Source: Paraspadella gotoi (Eukaryota; Animalia; Chaetognatha). From it: a stretch of 64,000 nt of DNA. A program made the position numbers and the translations under genes. The notes under the pieces were generated by a model, which ran no database searches, was not told where the DNA came from, and saw only the letters and a program-made list of their open reading frames with translations. The stretch spans positions 8,711,083 to 8,775,082 of the forward strand of contig CM119271.1 of the NCBI GenBank assembly GCA_051294375.1, read 5' to 3'. Below are positions 15,300-28,205 of this stretch, in pieces; the stretch's first letter is position 1; the number at the start of each line of letters is the position of its first letter.

Positions 15300-15628
15300 G
15301 AGTCAAAAGAAATCAAAAAAAAAGTTCAAAGTCAAGAATATCAAAGAGTCAAAAAGAATCAAAGTCAAGTACATAAATAACAAAATAATCAAAGTCAAGA
15401 ATACAAAAGTCAAAAAGATCATACAAATATCAAGTCAAAATCAAAGTCAAAAGTCAAAGTCAAAAAAGTCAAAGTCAAGTCAGGTCAGGTCAAAAGTCAA
15501 AGAGTCAAGGGGTACCCCAAAAGTAACAAGTCAAAATGTTCAAAAGAAATCCAGAAATCAAGAAATCAAAATCAAGTACAAGTCAAGCTTCAAGTCAAGT
15601 CAAGTCAAGTCAAGTCAAGTCAAGTCAA
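15300..15628 (+). repeat. (CAAGT)n pentamer satellite, degrading leftward
   Basis: Clean CAAGT units at 15591-15628; noisy units upstream. Confidence 0.8.
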
Positions 15629-16110
15629 ATGGAAGAAGAATACCAATAGCGACATTGACGATCAGGACAAAGTCGAGGATAAAGGTGACGAAAAGGTCGA
15701 TGACGACAAAGATAAAGACGACGACGATGAAGACAAAGACGAAGAAGAAGACGACGATATTAACGACTGTAAAGATAACGTTGACGACGACGACGACGAC
15801 GACGACGACTCACGGAAAGCGCGCGGTCGTCGTTCGACGAAAAGATGTGAAACGAGAAACGTTGTTACGAAAATGGGTTCGTGAATAACCGGGCTGTGAA
15901 CTATGGATTTGACGACGCTGAAAACGACGACGACGACAGACGATGACTGCGGCGGAGCGGCGGCGAGGCGGCTGCGGCGCGGCGGTGATGGAAGTGGGTT
16001 CCTTCGCGTTTTTCTCGTGATTTGTGGCTCCTAACAAATCAAGGGAAATTTTTTTTGGGTCATGGTTAAGGAAAGAATTTGATTTATGGGCTCGGGCGAA
16101 GAGGGAGAAA

Positions 16111-16162
<52 letters not shown>

Positions 16163-16636
16163 GAGAGAGAGAGAGAGAAAATCTCTTCTTTTTCTCCCGT
16201 GAGTAAAAAAAAAGGAACATTTATTATTTTTTTTTTAAATATTATTTTCTTATTTTCGCGGGAAAAAAAATGAAAATGAATTTTATTTCTCATTCGTCGG
16301 AATCCATTATCTTAAGATTGGGAGGAGATTTTAAAAGATGGAGTGAGGCATCTCTTTAAGGGAGCTTTTTACAACAAAGTCGATGTGAAGAATAGAGACT
16401 CGATTAGCTCACAGTGAAGCTCATGACTCTGTTAATCGCTCTCTCGATTGCTACTCTGATCTTTTTGAGGCTAATTTTAATACATAAAATGAGAGGTATT
16501 GAATACGCAACTTTCTATGAATAATTCTAATTTCATTTTGTATAAATTGTATAAATCTAGTTTTTTTATTTTATTTTTATCAACTTTAAAGGCGACGATA
16601 GAAAAACTTTATACAATAATATATATATATATATAT

Positions 16637-16687
<51 letters not shown>

Positions 16688-16930
16688 GACATCTCCCTGT
16701 CAATCCGCTCGTGTCTTTAGTCCTTTTCTTCTCATCCTTATCTTTCATCTCCCTTTCCTCCTTCCTCCTCCTCCTCCTCCTCCTCCTCCTCCTCCTCCTC
16801 CCGTTTCCCTTTCATCATCGACAGTCTATGATGTTCCCCTTCTCGTTTACCCCCCCCTCTCTCCCCCCCCTTCATACACGCGCTTAGAGGCCGTAAATGG
16901 GAGTCGAATGTGGTTCTGGTAATCCGCCTC

Positions 16931-17035
16931 ATTTGCATATGACGTCCCCCTCGTTTTCTCGTTACGTTGGCCAATCGGAGTCGAGAACGACGAATCGTCG
17001 ACCAATCAGAGTGGAGAAAGTTTCGGTGCCAATCG
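16931..17035. promoter_or_regulatory. Motif cluster: octamer, CRE-like site and three CCAAT boxes
   Basis: ATTTGCAT at 16931, TGACGTC at 16940, CCAATC at 16971, 17002 and 17029, in a CpG-rich island between microsatellites. Confidence 0.45.
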
Positions 17036-17056
17036 GGAGCGGAGAGAGAGAGAGAG

Positions 17057-17112
<56 letters not shown>

Positions 17113-18381
17113 GAGAGGAGAGAGAGAGAGAGACATAGGTTGAAGAGTTCGGAAAAACCGTGGGGACAAACATAAAAAGTTGTTGAGCTTGTGTTGTTGT
17201 TGTTTGTGTGGTTTAAGCGCGATGTTAAAAGTTGAAATGTCGTCGTCGTCGTCGTCGTCGCTGTCATTCTTCACTTTTTGCTTCAATCATCTTCTCGCCA
17301 TTTCAGTTTCACTCTTTTCTTTTTTTCTCACATTTTCCCTTCTTCTCCGTCTTTCTATATATTTAATAATATTGGCGGTTTTTTGAGCGCGTTCTTATTC
17401 GACGATATCAGTGCTATTTTGTTTTTTCATAATCATTCCGTCTAACCACATTCCGCAGAAAACATTATGGGCATTCTTTTTCTTTATTTTTTTTCTTTCT
17501 TTTCTCTTTTTATATTTTTTTTTCCTTCTCTCGCTATCCTTCCTTTTTTTTCTTACCCTCTCTTTCTCTCTTTCCCCTCTCTTTCGTTCTCTCCCTCCCC
17601 CCTCGCTCTTTCTCTCTTTCCTCGTTTAGCTTAAATATTTAATGTTTATTTTAGGCATAATTCGCGAACCCGTTCTCGGTCGTCGTCATCTCTGTCGTCG
17701 CATCTATCGTGAGGATCGTTAAGGTGAAGAATGAATGAATCGATATTCGGGTAAAATTTATTTATTTATACACGTACGAAAAGGCAGGAAAAAAAATATT
17801 TTAATATGAATAACGTAAGTTCGCATTCTATGGATTCCATCTAAGGAATCCGGTCAAAAAGCCAGTTGTCACCAAGTGGAGGTTAAAATCTCCACTCGGC
17901 CATGTTACAACAGTATTGAAGGCTTTCGCCGAATTTATAAAAATTTTTTTAAATGACTTCAAAAATGGCAAATGTGATAAAATTACGTTCATTTTCAATT
18001 CAATTTCAGCCATAAACAGGCGGCCATGGTAAGTTTTAGAATTATAATTAAGTTTAAATGGCAAAAATCTTTATTGCAAACTTCCAAAATTAAAATCTAG
18101 CCATATAATTTTTATTTTCAAAGAAACTGCAATATGCAAATAAGTTTCAAAATTTAAAAAATTAAGCAAGTCCAAAGTCTTTCAATTTAACATTAGTTCC
18201 TGAAACAAAATCTCTATACCCTTTAAAATGAGTCGTTTGTGGTCCAACCTATCTCGACTCTCTCTAACCAGAGTCGACAAATTTCGCTACTACAATATGC
18301 AAATTAGAATTTCGTAGACGTTTTAACTCCGTATCTCGAAACGAAAAGATAGTCTTGTTCTTTGAAACAAAAGAAAAAGCA

Positions 18382-18414
<33 letters not shown>

Positions 18415-18470
18415 TCCCCCTCAAAGTGCGAGTCGGTGGGAGATCCGAAAAGCAATAACTGGGGAAGAAG

Positions 18471-18530
<60 letters not shown>

Positions 18531-20182
18531 AGAGAGGCACAGAGGATAGGAAGAGAGAGAGAGAGAAGAGCAGCGGGAAAAAAGGAGCGTCTAGAGACGT
18601 TGAAAAATCCCATGATGACTGGAGACGACGACACGACGACGACGACGACGACGACCGACGACTCCCCTTGTGGCTTTTAAGTGAAAGTTAACTGCGAAGT
18701 TTCTTTTGCTGAGGAAAAAAAAGATATAGCAGAGCGTGGAAGAGGGGGGGAGAGGGTGCACGCTGATAGTCATGCTCCAGCTGAAAAAATAAAAATTTCA
18801 GAAAGGAGCGAAAAAGGTCATGTCACTCTTGAATTTTCGATTTCAACTAGTTTTTAAATGACAAGTGATGGTCTGCGGGTTTTTGAACCAAAAGATTTTC
18901 CGAAAAATTCACGTAACTTTTCTTTTTCTTTTCTTTATCTTTCGACTCTCTTTTACTGTTTGCTCTAAATAAAAACTTTTTCTATCTTTTATTTATTACT
19001 ACTGGTCATTTTGCTAAATATCATTGTCACATTGTAATAAATGATTACGGCGTTGAGAAAGCTAGGACGTCTGGCAACCTTTATCATATCCAAAATCCAA
19101 ATGCGTATCTTTTTTTTTTTTCTACATAGTAATATATTTTTTAACTAGTATAAGTCCACTATATTGTTTCCTTTAAAAAATTACAAAAACAATTTTTTTA
19201 CTATAGGTCACTCGTTTACTCGCCGGTTTATCACATCTGACAATAATCTATGGGGTTTCTTAGGTTCAAGAAAGGTTTACTTTGATTTCGGCCTCAGGGG
19301 GTGGCTTAGATGCGATGTAAATAGCGGATTCATAAAATTAAGAAGAGAAATTCGGATTTGTATATTGCGAATGGAGCGTACCTAGAAAAGGTTTATGAAC
19401 ATGGTTCAAAATATATAGAGAAATTAAACTACGTTTCGTGACAATTGAATTTTTTATCTTGTAAGTTTACTTGACGTTTATCAGGCATTTATCAATTATC
19501 TATAGAAATCTGAAAATAGTTGTTATTTAGTTAGTATAGGCTTTGCTATTATCGCGGGTGGAATGTTTTGTAGCGGGAGAATTATTTAGCGGTTTTTGAG
19601 TTTTTTTAAGAAGAGAAATACTACCTCGACCAGTATGGAATAAGGTGACTATCAATCATCGAAACATAACAAGAAAGAACTAGGTTTTCAATAATTTTCT
19701 TTGACGACTTTCTTATATTAGTTTAACCCAGGTTTATCCTACACTTAGGTAATCATTGTCAAGGGGGTCTCTCTTAACCAGGTCACATCAGGTTCAGCAA
19801 ATTTCCGAGGTTAATGCGGATTTTAGGCGATTTTTGAGGTGGTTTAAGGGAGAAACACAGCTTTGCCCAATGAACTACTGCCAAAACCTCAAAATAACAA
19901 AGAAAGAATACGAGGGTTTTCAATTTTTTCCAACTTTTTACTTTGATGAGTTTTGTTTATCAGGGTTTTCTTAATAAAAGGAAAGGGAAAATTTTTCAGG
20001 TTTAACAGCTTTGCCCGAGATTACATATGATGTTCGGGTGAAAGCGAATTTTTTGCTGGTTTTTACTGGTATTTAATGGAGTACAGGAAGAGCCCAACCA
20101 AGACCTGAAACCCATCAGATTATCCGAAATTAAAAAATATAGAACAGCGCCGATCTGGCCCTGCCTGCATCCGACTCAGTTT

Positions 20183-20300
20183 ATGTTCAGTTCACGGCTA
20201 AGGTTCATGTCACGTCATGTCATGTCAGCGGAGAATACAGCGATAAGGGTAATGTCACTGCGGCGGCAGACACGAGATTGTGAATTACAGGAGTTTCTTG
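20183..20300 (+). mobile_element. Degenerate 3' fragment of the HINE family
   Basis: GTCACGTCATGTCATGTC...GTCACTGCGGCGGCA...GAATTAC...TTCTTGT resembles the family 3' end. Confidence 0.45.
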
Positions 20301-21789
20301 TATACAAGGTTTTTGCATTTGTCGTCCTATACAAAGTCGCATCGCGTTTTCTGTCGATTGGTTCGCTTCGTTCTTTTCCTCGGTTCTTTTCTCATCCTCT
20401 TCTTCCCATATGTCGTTCTGGCTTTGGGTCGTTTCTTGGCTCTTGGTTGGTTCTCTTCTTCCACAACTTGTCTTCAATGCTCATCGTTTTAATTAGTCTT
20501 CGTCGTCATCGTTTGTCCTGTTTTTATCATCCACCGATGTACAACGTATTGTTGTCTGATTGGTTTCTGCTCTTCCTTTCTCGTCGTGGTTTGGTTCTCT
20601 GTCCCTGTTCTCTGTTTTCTCTTTCTGTCTCTCTCTTGGTCTCTGCTCTCTATCCAGTCTCCTTCGTCTTTCTCTCTCTCTCTGTACGATCTCTTTGCGT
20701 GATCCGTTTTTTTGAAAAATTTTGATTATTTTTTTCCCTTTTAAAAAAACTGTAATTTAAATCGCCAAATTTATTCGCACGCTTTCCCCTCAATGCAAGA
20801 CAATCACAGTTTACATCACGAGATTTTCTTGATTTATTCTTCTTTGTCTTTGAGTTCCCCTCGTATGCTAGAGTCTCTCTTTCTTTCTTTCTCGTGTCTC
20901 TCTTTCTTGGTTCATCTCTCTTTCTTCTCGTCATTCAACTCGCGCCTTCTTTTCCTCTCGTCTCGTTTCACTCAATAAACGTATTTGGGTTGGTTTTATT
21001 TATTGATGACTTGATTAATCATCAACATGCAATGAATGACTATCATGCATCAACCATTTGGTTATGTTACCAATCAATCATTTGGATTATCATCACATCG
21101 TATTTGGTTACGTCATCGCAGTCAATTAGATGGGTTTATCATCTACATCAATTATTGGTTATCCACGGCATCATTTGGTTATCAATCGCATAAATCCATT
21201 TGGTTATCACGCAATCAATCCTTTTGGTTATCATCGCATCAATATTTGGCTTATTTGTTGAAGGGAGGGCTCAAATGTTCGGCCTATTACTCTTTCCTTT
21301 TTTGAGAGAGGTTTTGTTCGCGACTCTTATATTGTTAACACAGTCGAGTAGTTTAATATATCTGAGGAGTACCTGGCAACAGAATGTGGAAAAAGATAGG
21401 AATGAAAGTAGACATACGTGTCCCTCGATTGACCAGGGATGCGAACCAAACAAAAAGTGAGTCTATTTGCATATTGTAGCTTTAATAATCTATTTCTAAA
21501 AAAATATTTTATAAAGATATTAATAGAGAAAGTCGAAACAAAAATTCTGCCTTAGCATACAATACTAAAGTTGGTTTCTGGAGAGTGAGAGCTGTATTCA
21601 TAGTTTTATTGAAAAAGGATGGAATGTCATTATTTATTCAAACTAAAATAGTAAAGTTTAGAATATTTTTAGAGTATTTGTAATTGATAAATTGGTGATT
21701 ACGACCAAATCCGGGGTGGGTGGCGAATGTGTCGGCATGATACCCATAAACGGAGGAGGACATTGCCAAGGAGAAACAGAAGAGAGAGA

Positions 21790-22245
21790 TTAGGCGGCAG
21801 GAGGAAGGAGCAGGGCTGTTAACCTGGGGGTCCCGCTTTTTTGCCAAATATAAACACATTGTGTAGCGAAGGATTATGTGCGGTGTACATTGGAGGAGAG
21901 CGAGGGCGTTAATTCTGCGCGAGGCTCTTTTTTCAAAATATAACATGATTTGTGTACAGGATAGGCGACGGAGAGGAGCAGGGCCGTTAACGGACTTGAG
22001 GCCGCTTTTTTTTCAAATATAACATTGTGGTACGAGATAGGCGAGTACGCGGAGGAAAGGAGCCAGGGTTGAACCATCGGAGGCTTTTTTCAAAATATAC
22101 ATTGTGCTACGAGATAGGGTCGGAACGAGAGGAGGACAGGGCGTTAACCATCCGCAACTTGACGTGAACATGGAGGCCCTTTATTCAATTACATTGGTGT
22201 ACGAGATTTGGGCGGACGGGAGGGAAAGGAAGCAGGGCGTTAACG
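21790..22245 (+). repeat. ~70-bp minisatellite running into a 25-N gap
   Basis: Unit approximately TTTTTCAAATATAACATTGTGTACGAGATAGGCG..GGAGAGGAGCAGGGCGTTAAC; about 6 noisy copies. Confidence 0.85.
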
Positions 22246-22799
22246 NNNNNNNNNNNNNNNNNNNNNNNNNAACATTGTCGTCCAATGGTTGACAACGATC
22301 TGGTCATTGTCAATAAAATAGCCAGGAAGACCACAACGACGAAGCACGACGACGATGACGACGAAACGGTCTCTAACTTCAATTTCCTTCTTCTCTTTTC
22401 TCTCTCTCTTCCTGCTCCAAAAAACTGAAGATTTTCTACTACATATCGACTGATGCTACGACGAACGACGATAACGACGACGAAGACGACAGACGACGAC
22501 GACGACGACGCTCATCAATTTCTTCTTGATGGCTCCAACGGCATTGAGTCAACGAATTTGACCGAGAATAAGAGACAACATCGGGGTTGAGTCATTGGTG
22601 CCGATTTTATGGTGCTTTATTGGCAGGAGGGGGGGCGGCCCATATTCTGTAACCCTCAATAAAAACGGAAGGAGAGAAACTCCTTCCTTTTTTTTCTTTT
22701 CCTTTTTTCAACTTCCTCCTCTTCCTTCTTTCATCCTCTCTCCGTTCCTGCTAATTTCTGCTCTACTCTGTAATCACAATTTCTATACACGAGCCACTC

Positions 22800-22863
<64 letters not shown>

Positions 22864-23017
22864 TCTCTCTCTCCTCTTCTCTCTCTCTCTCTCTCTTGTC
22901 TCTCTCTCACTCTCTCTCTTCTCTCTCTCTCTCTCTCTCTTTTTTTTTCCTTTCTTTTCTTTCTTTCTCTTCTCTTCCTTTCTTTCTTTCTTTTTTCTTC
23001 TCTTCTTTCTTCTTTAG

Positions 23018-23246
23018 TAAGATGTTCAACCGAAGGTGGCAGAGAGACGCTAAGATGGAAGATGGAGAGTTACTAGGTGGCGTCCCGAGTCGTCCTCGTG
23101 ACGCTCGCAGTTCCGCAATCTGCCGTCAATTTCGATCAGAGTTAATGTTGACGCCCGCGGATCTACGTCCTCGTTTTGTTGCGACGAATCGAAGTCGATA
23201 TTACTCACCCTAGCGGCGAAAAAAACCGACGGCGAAGGAAACTACG
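23018..23246 (+). CDS. Candidate internal exon, weak filamin-type Ig repeat resemblance
   Basis: Long pyrimidine tract with TTTAG| acceptor and G|GTAAAT donor. Fragments VNF, VNVDARG, IEVDITHPSGEK and TDGEGNY lie in different frames. Confidence 0.3.
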
Positions 23247-23431
23247 GTAAATTATTCATCTGCGTCTAAATCATTCAATGAATAAACTGTATTTTCACTG
23301 ACTTTGAGCAAGCAATTTTGGGTTAAGGCTTTCTTCCCTCTTACATGATAATAGCAAGCTTTCGATCAAGACTATTTAACGAGTTTAGTTTATTAACGCC
23401 CAGAGAAAGTTTTCTCTTGCTCCTCAGTTAC

Positions 23432-23830
23432 TTTTTAGTTGCGCCGCGAGTACTCGTGGAGCAACTCTATAAGTCACTTTTCGGTCGGTCGGTCGGACGG
23501 TCGGTATGCCTGTCCGTCGGTCTGTCCCACTTACGTTAAAATGAATATAATTTGCTTATATTTGGTTGGTCTTTTGTTAAGACAGAAAAACACCTCATAT
23601 CTAAGGGACTGCCAGCGCCGCCTTCATGAAATTCTAAAACTAAAAAGAAATAAAAGACGGAATTTTAATGCAGTGCATATCATAAATATACGGGCTAAGA
23701 AAGTTGTAGTCATGTTATGTCACGTCATGCTATGTCAGGTCACTTCATGTCATGTCATGTCATCCCACGAAAAATACACGAGATAAGGCAGTGACTGCGG
23801 CGCAACACTTTTGAATTACCGTTCCTGTTT
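23432..23830 (+). mobile_element. DINE-1-like non-autonomous Helentron-associated element (HINE)
   Basis: T-rich flank; 5' hairpin AGTTGCGCCGCGAGTACTCGTGGAGCAACT; (GTCG)n/GTCC microsatellite; (CATGT)n block; 3' subterminal inverted repeat GCGGCGCAAC; terminal GAATTACCGTTC.TGTT. Several copies lie in the window. Confidence 0.75.
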
Positions 23831-24465
23831 GAATACTTTTTCTCTTCTCTCTCTCCCTTTATTTTCCTACTGTAATCTTTTACTTATCTTCTTTGCTTCT
23901 ACCACTTCTGAACTACTTTTTTCTTTCAAAATAAATTTCAATATTATAATATCTTTTTTTTTATAACTTTGTTGTATAGTTCCTCATTAAAACGTTTCAG
24001 TTTCATTTCCCTTTACGTCTTCTCTCTTTTTCCTTTTATTTTCTCGTTCAACCAACTCTTCACTAATCACATCTTCCTAACTTCTTTTTCTTCTTTTCTT
24101 CCTCCGATTCTCCTCCTTCATTACTTTCTCCGCCTCCGCTCCTTTTCTTTCCTTCCTCCCTTCCTCCCTTCCTCCTCCTCCATCTCTGCGGTTCGCTAGC
24201 CGAGTCAATCAATTTGTTGTGTCATTAGAGCCGAGCCGGAGTGATTTAGGAGAGAAGCATCCATTCATGGCAATTCTCTCGCTCTCTCTCAAGCTCTCTC
24301 TCTCTCTCTCTTTCTTCGCCTCCCTCCTCCGCGTCTCACTCTCTCTCTCCTCCTCTTCCTCCTCCTCTCACTCTCGCGTCGGTGTAAATCGCCAAAAGGA
24401 AAAACAAAGGAAAACAAAGGAAGGACTATAAATACTCGGAGTAACTCAATTGTCTTTTCCCTCCT

Positions 24466-24500
<35 letters not shown>

Positions 24501-25483
24501 GTCTCTTCTCTCTCCTCTCCTCGTCCTTCTTCCCATCGTCCTGGGGTTGGTCGTCACTGGCTGGATACCTTCTCTGAGGTTATCGCCATCAGCGACATGG
24601 ATCCTTTGTCCATCAGTTATTGGATAATTCCATCTAGATCCGGTAGCGTCTTCCAAGTAAGCTTTATCTGCAGTTAACCAGTTTTTGTTATCCAAATCTT
24701 TTTTGTACGTGAAGCGGGAGACAAATTTGATCGTCGACGTTCTCCTTGCCAACCATCTCGCGGCTTTCAAGCTTCAATGCTTTCTCCTCGAAAGAGATGT
24801 GTGACTGTTTTCCATCCATCCCGCTAATCAGAAGATCTTTCCGATTGTGATGGCTGCAACTACCCACACTCTTTGTGTGGGCCAGGGTTAAGTACGGCCG
24901 TGCCGATGATGATATCCTGGTCGTTTCATCGGGCTTGATATATATAAGTTGTCCTCAGTACCTCACGCTTGGAACATGATCCTGATGTTAAATCATTTCC
25001 GTTAAGGTATTGTTCCGGTGCGCGTCGAGAGCTTCAGAGGCTTGCCATGTAAATTTCTTGGCAAGGCCCCATTTTCAATAAACCCAGGAATTGTTTTTAT
25101 CGAGGCTCCTGTTCATAAAGACAGCTTGCTGTGCTCCCCGCTATGCACTGCTGTATGTAGCTGTTTTACCGGTGTGTTAGCGGAGTTTCCCCGTTCGTCA
25201 ACGCGGACAGGGCTTCGTTGGAGAAATGTTCTTAGTTTAATCTCAGTGGGGAGCGATGGGAATCCTTTCACTTTTGTGGTTTCGGCAGATGGAGTGGCTT
25301 GTAGTACACTTCTGGATCGTGATTTCTAAGCTCTATTCTGCGTATAGTAGCCTGGTGAAGGATTCTCCTCTTCTCGTGTGTTCGCCCGGCCACTATGCTG
25401 GTAGGTTGGGTTGCGGTTCCCCCAGTAGGTTTTAAGTTTTCTGAGGCCCAATCGNNNNNNNNNNNNNNNNNNNNNNNNNGAAG

Positions 25484-25521
<38 letters not shown>

Positions 25522-26469
25522 CGCAGAGTGAGTGAGAGAGGAGTTAAAGGACGCCTCAAACAGGAAACATGTTTTATCTGATCCAAACAAATTTGCTTTC
25601 CAATCCAAATGGAGATTTAAGGGAGATACTTCTGGAGAGAGAGAGAGAGAGAGAGAGAGAGGAGCACCGAGAGGGAAGATGACGAGAGATGAGAGCAGAG
25701 GAGAGAGAAGAGAGAGAGGCAAAGAAGGAAAAAAAAAGGAACAGATGTTTTGGTTACAGCGACGACGACGACGACGACGACGACGACGGCGCCTCAGTTG
25801 ACTGCCAGGTTGACGTCGATGGCGGCGAATGACAGGCGGTTGAGCGAAAGGTCGATTTCACGATGCGTCGCGTCGCGCGGTTCTTGTCGTTGTGATTGTT
25901 TGTTGTTGTTGTTGTTGTAGGCGTTTTTCTGGTATTTAATGAAATTTGGTACAACCAATATAAAAATTAATCATTGAATCGATAAACAAGCTATCTTGTC
26001 CCCGACTTTGGACCGGCTATGCTTAGTCAAGCCCTCCGTCTCTCTAGCAAAATAATAACAAGCTTTCAATCAAGACTCTCTCGCAGTCTGGCTCATTAAT
26101 TCCCAGAATAAACGGTATATAATGTTTAATAAACCGTTTCAATTGTATAAAAGGAGCGCAAACGATAAAATTCTTTTTACAGTTTGACCGGCTATTTAAT
26201 AACGAGCCATGACACACAACTTCAAACTTACAAATTTTTGCTTTGTATACCTACGTACATTTGAAAACAAAGCAAACATTCAAGTTTCTTCCGTCGATTT
26301 CCTCAAAATTCCAGAAATCAAAGTTGACAATCGGAAAATTGTAAATTTTTGAAAGTAATTATTAGTTTCGAGAGTCGAGGACTAATTTTTTAGGCACTAT
26401 TTTCCGAAAGTGCACTGAACTTGATTTGATCCTTAAAAGACACTAGTCTCTTACCAAATGCTTTATTCT

Positions 26470-26650
26470 AACTTTAACCCTATTCATTAAATCTAACCAA
26501 ATGCCTAACCCTAATCCTTATAGGGACCTTATCCTTATCTCCCGACCTTGAGCCCTAATCCCTAACCATAACCATAACCCAATCATAATCTAAACGATAA
26601 TCCACAACCAAATTCCCAATCTAAATCTTAAACCTAAAAACTAATATAAC
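26470..26650 (+). repeat. Degenerate (CCCTAA)n-like tract
   Basis: CCTAACCCTAATCC, CCCTAATCCCTAACCATAACCATAACCC. Confidence 0.6.
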
Positions 26651-26849
26651 TAATGGTAATTCTGAATTTAAGCTGAAATAAAGAGCTTCTGGAAAACATG
26701 ACCCATTTTTATATGAGGGGAAACGAAACTTTGGAATCATCGAATCTTGAGTTATTTTTGTTTGTTATTTTTTTTTGGCAAATATTTTCCGTCTTCTTTC
26801 TTTTTTTATTTTTTTCATTCGCCAACGTTGACAGATTGCCGACGGGTTA

Positions 26850-26850
<1 letters not shown>

Positions 26851-26918
<68 letters not shown>
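26851..26918 (+). repeat. (GAC)n microsatellite
   Basis: Perfect GAC run. Confidence 0.95.
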
Positions 26919-27245
26919 AACTCCTGATTTGTGATAAATGAGTCTCTTTTTCTTTTCGCATAGACGCTTCCATTTTTTTTTCGCTCGATTCTCTTTATAC
27001 CTGGTCGAGATTTTTAAGTCGGGCAATGATAAATTGTTGTATATTTATAACTGTTCGAATTTTATATATTATAAAATACGAAGTTCGTCGTAATACAGAC
27101 TTCGTATAAACATAATATAGAAATTGTCAAGTTTTCAATAAAATCCTTTCATCGATGCCGAATTCGTTTTCAGAGCGACAAATGTACAATTCTCTATTCC
27201 TGCTCTTCGTAGGTTCATTCCGATTCTTGTTGTTCTTACGTGTAA

Positions 27246-27519
27246 TCATTCATTCATCATCATCATCATCATCATCAACTTCATTCATCATTCATCATCA
27301 ACTCATTCATCAATCATCATCATTCATCATCTTCATCATCATCTTCATCATCATCATCATTTCATCATCATCATCATCATCATCACATCTATCATCATCA
27401 TCATCTTCATCTTCATCATCATCATCATCTTCATCATCAACTTCATCATCATCATCATCTCATCATCTATCATCAATCATCATCATCATCTTCATCATCT
27501 TCATCATCATCTCATCATC

Positions 27520-27566
<47 letters not shown>

Positions 27567-27643
27567 TCATCATCATCATCTCATCATCAACTCATCATCA
27601 TCTCATCATCATCATCATCATCATCTTCATCATCAACTTCATC

Positions 27644-27690
<47 letters not shown>

Positions 27691-27718
27691 TATCATCATC
27701 GTCGTCGTCGTCGTCGTC
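27246..27718 (+). repeat. (ATC)n microsatellite ending in (GTC)n
   Basis: About 470 bp of CAT/CTT triplets. Confidence 0.95.
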
Positions 27719-28153
27719 AACGTTGATAGCTTCTCGAGATTTTGATTGACAAATTTCATCTCGATGACAAGAGCGCTTGTCTAATTCTTTCGAGAGAAGC
27801 ACAAATCAAGGATTGATTGATATTGATTGGTTGATTATTTGATTGCATTGAATGATAAGATTTTGATCGATTGAATTGTTTGATTTTTTTCGTAGAATAA
27901 ACCAATATAAACTTATCAAAGGTCTTTGCAAGTTTCCGTATTTCAACAGAAATAAACAAGATGTCTACGCGCGCCGCCACCGCCGCCAGCCGCGCGAGCC
28001 ACAGCCGCCGCCAGCCGCCGCACCGCCGCAGCCGCCGAGCCGCCGCAGCCGCCGCAGCCGCCGCATACTTAAAACCGATTCCGCAAAGTCCTTCGACGTC
28101 GTTTTCGTCTTATAAAGAAAAATCCTTTTCCACTCGAAACCTAAAAACCGCGA

Positions 28154-28205
<52 letters not shown>

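Noticed and set aside
15628-15810. Asp/Lys-rich frame (DQDKVEDKGDEKVDDD...)
   Set aside because: Degenerate GAC microsatellite next to noisy sequence; no gene context.
21790-22245. CRISPR-like periodicity
   Set aside because: The intervening segments are themselves repeated rather than unique spacers; eukaryotic context with no cas genes.
27968-28065. (GCC)n poly-Ala/Pro ORF suggesting a transcription factor exon
   Set aside because: No domain or splice context; the frame runs into a CT microsatellite.
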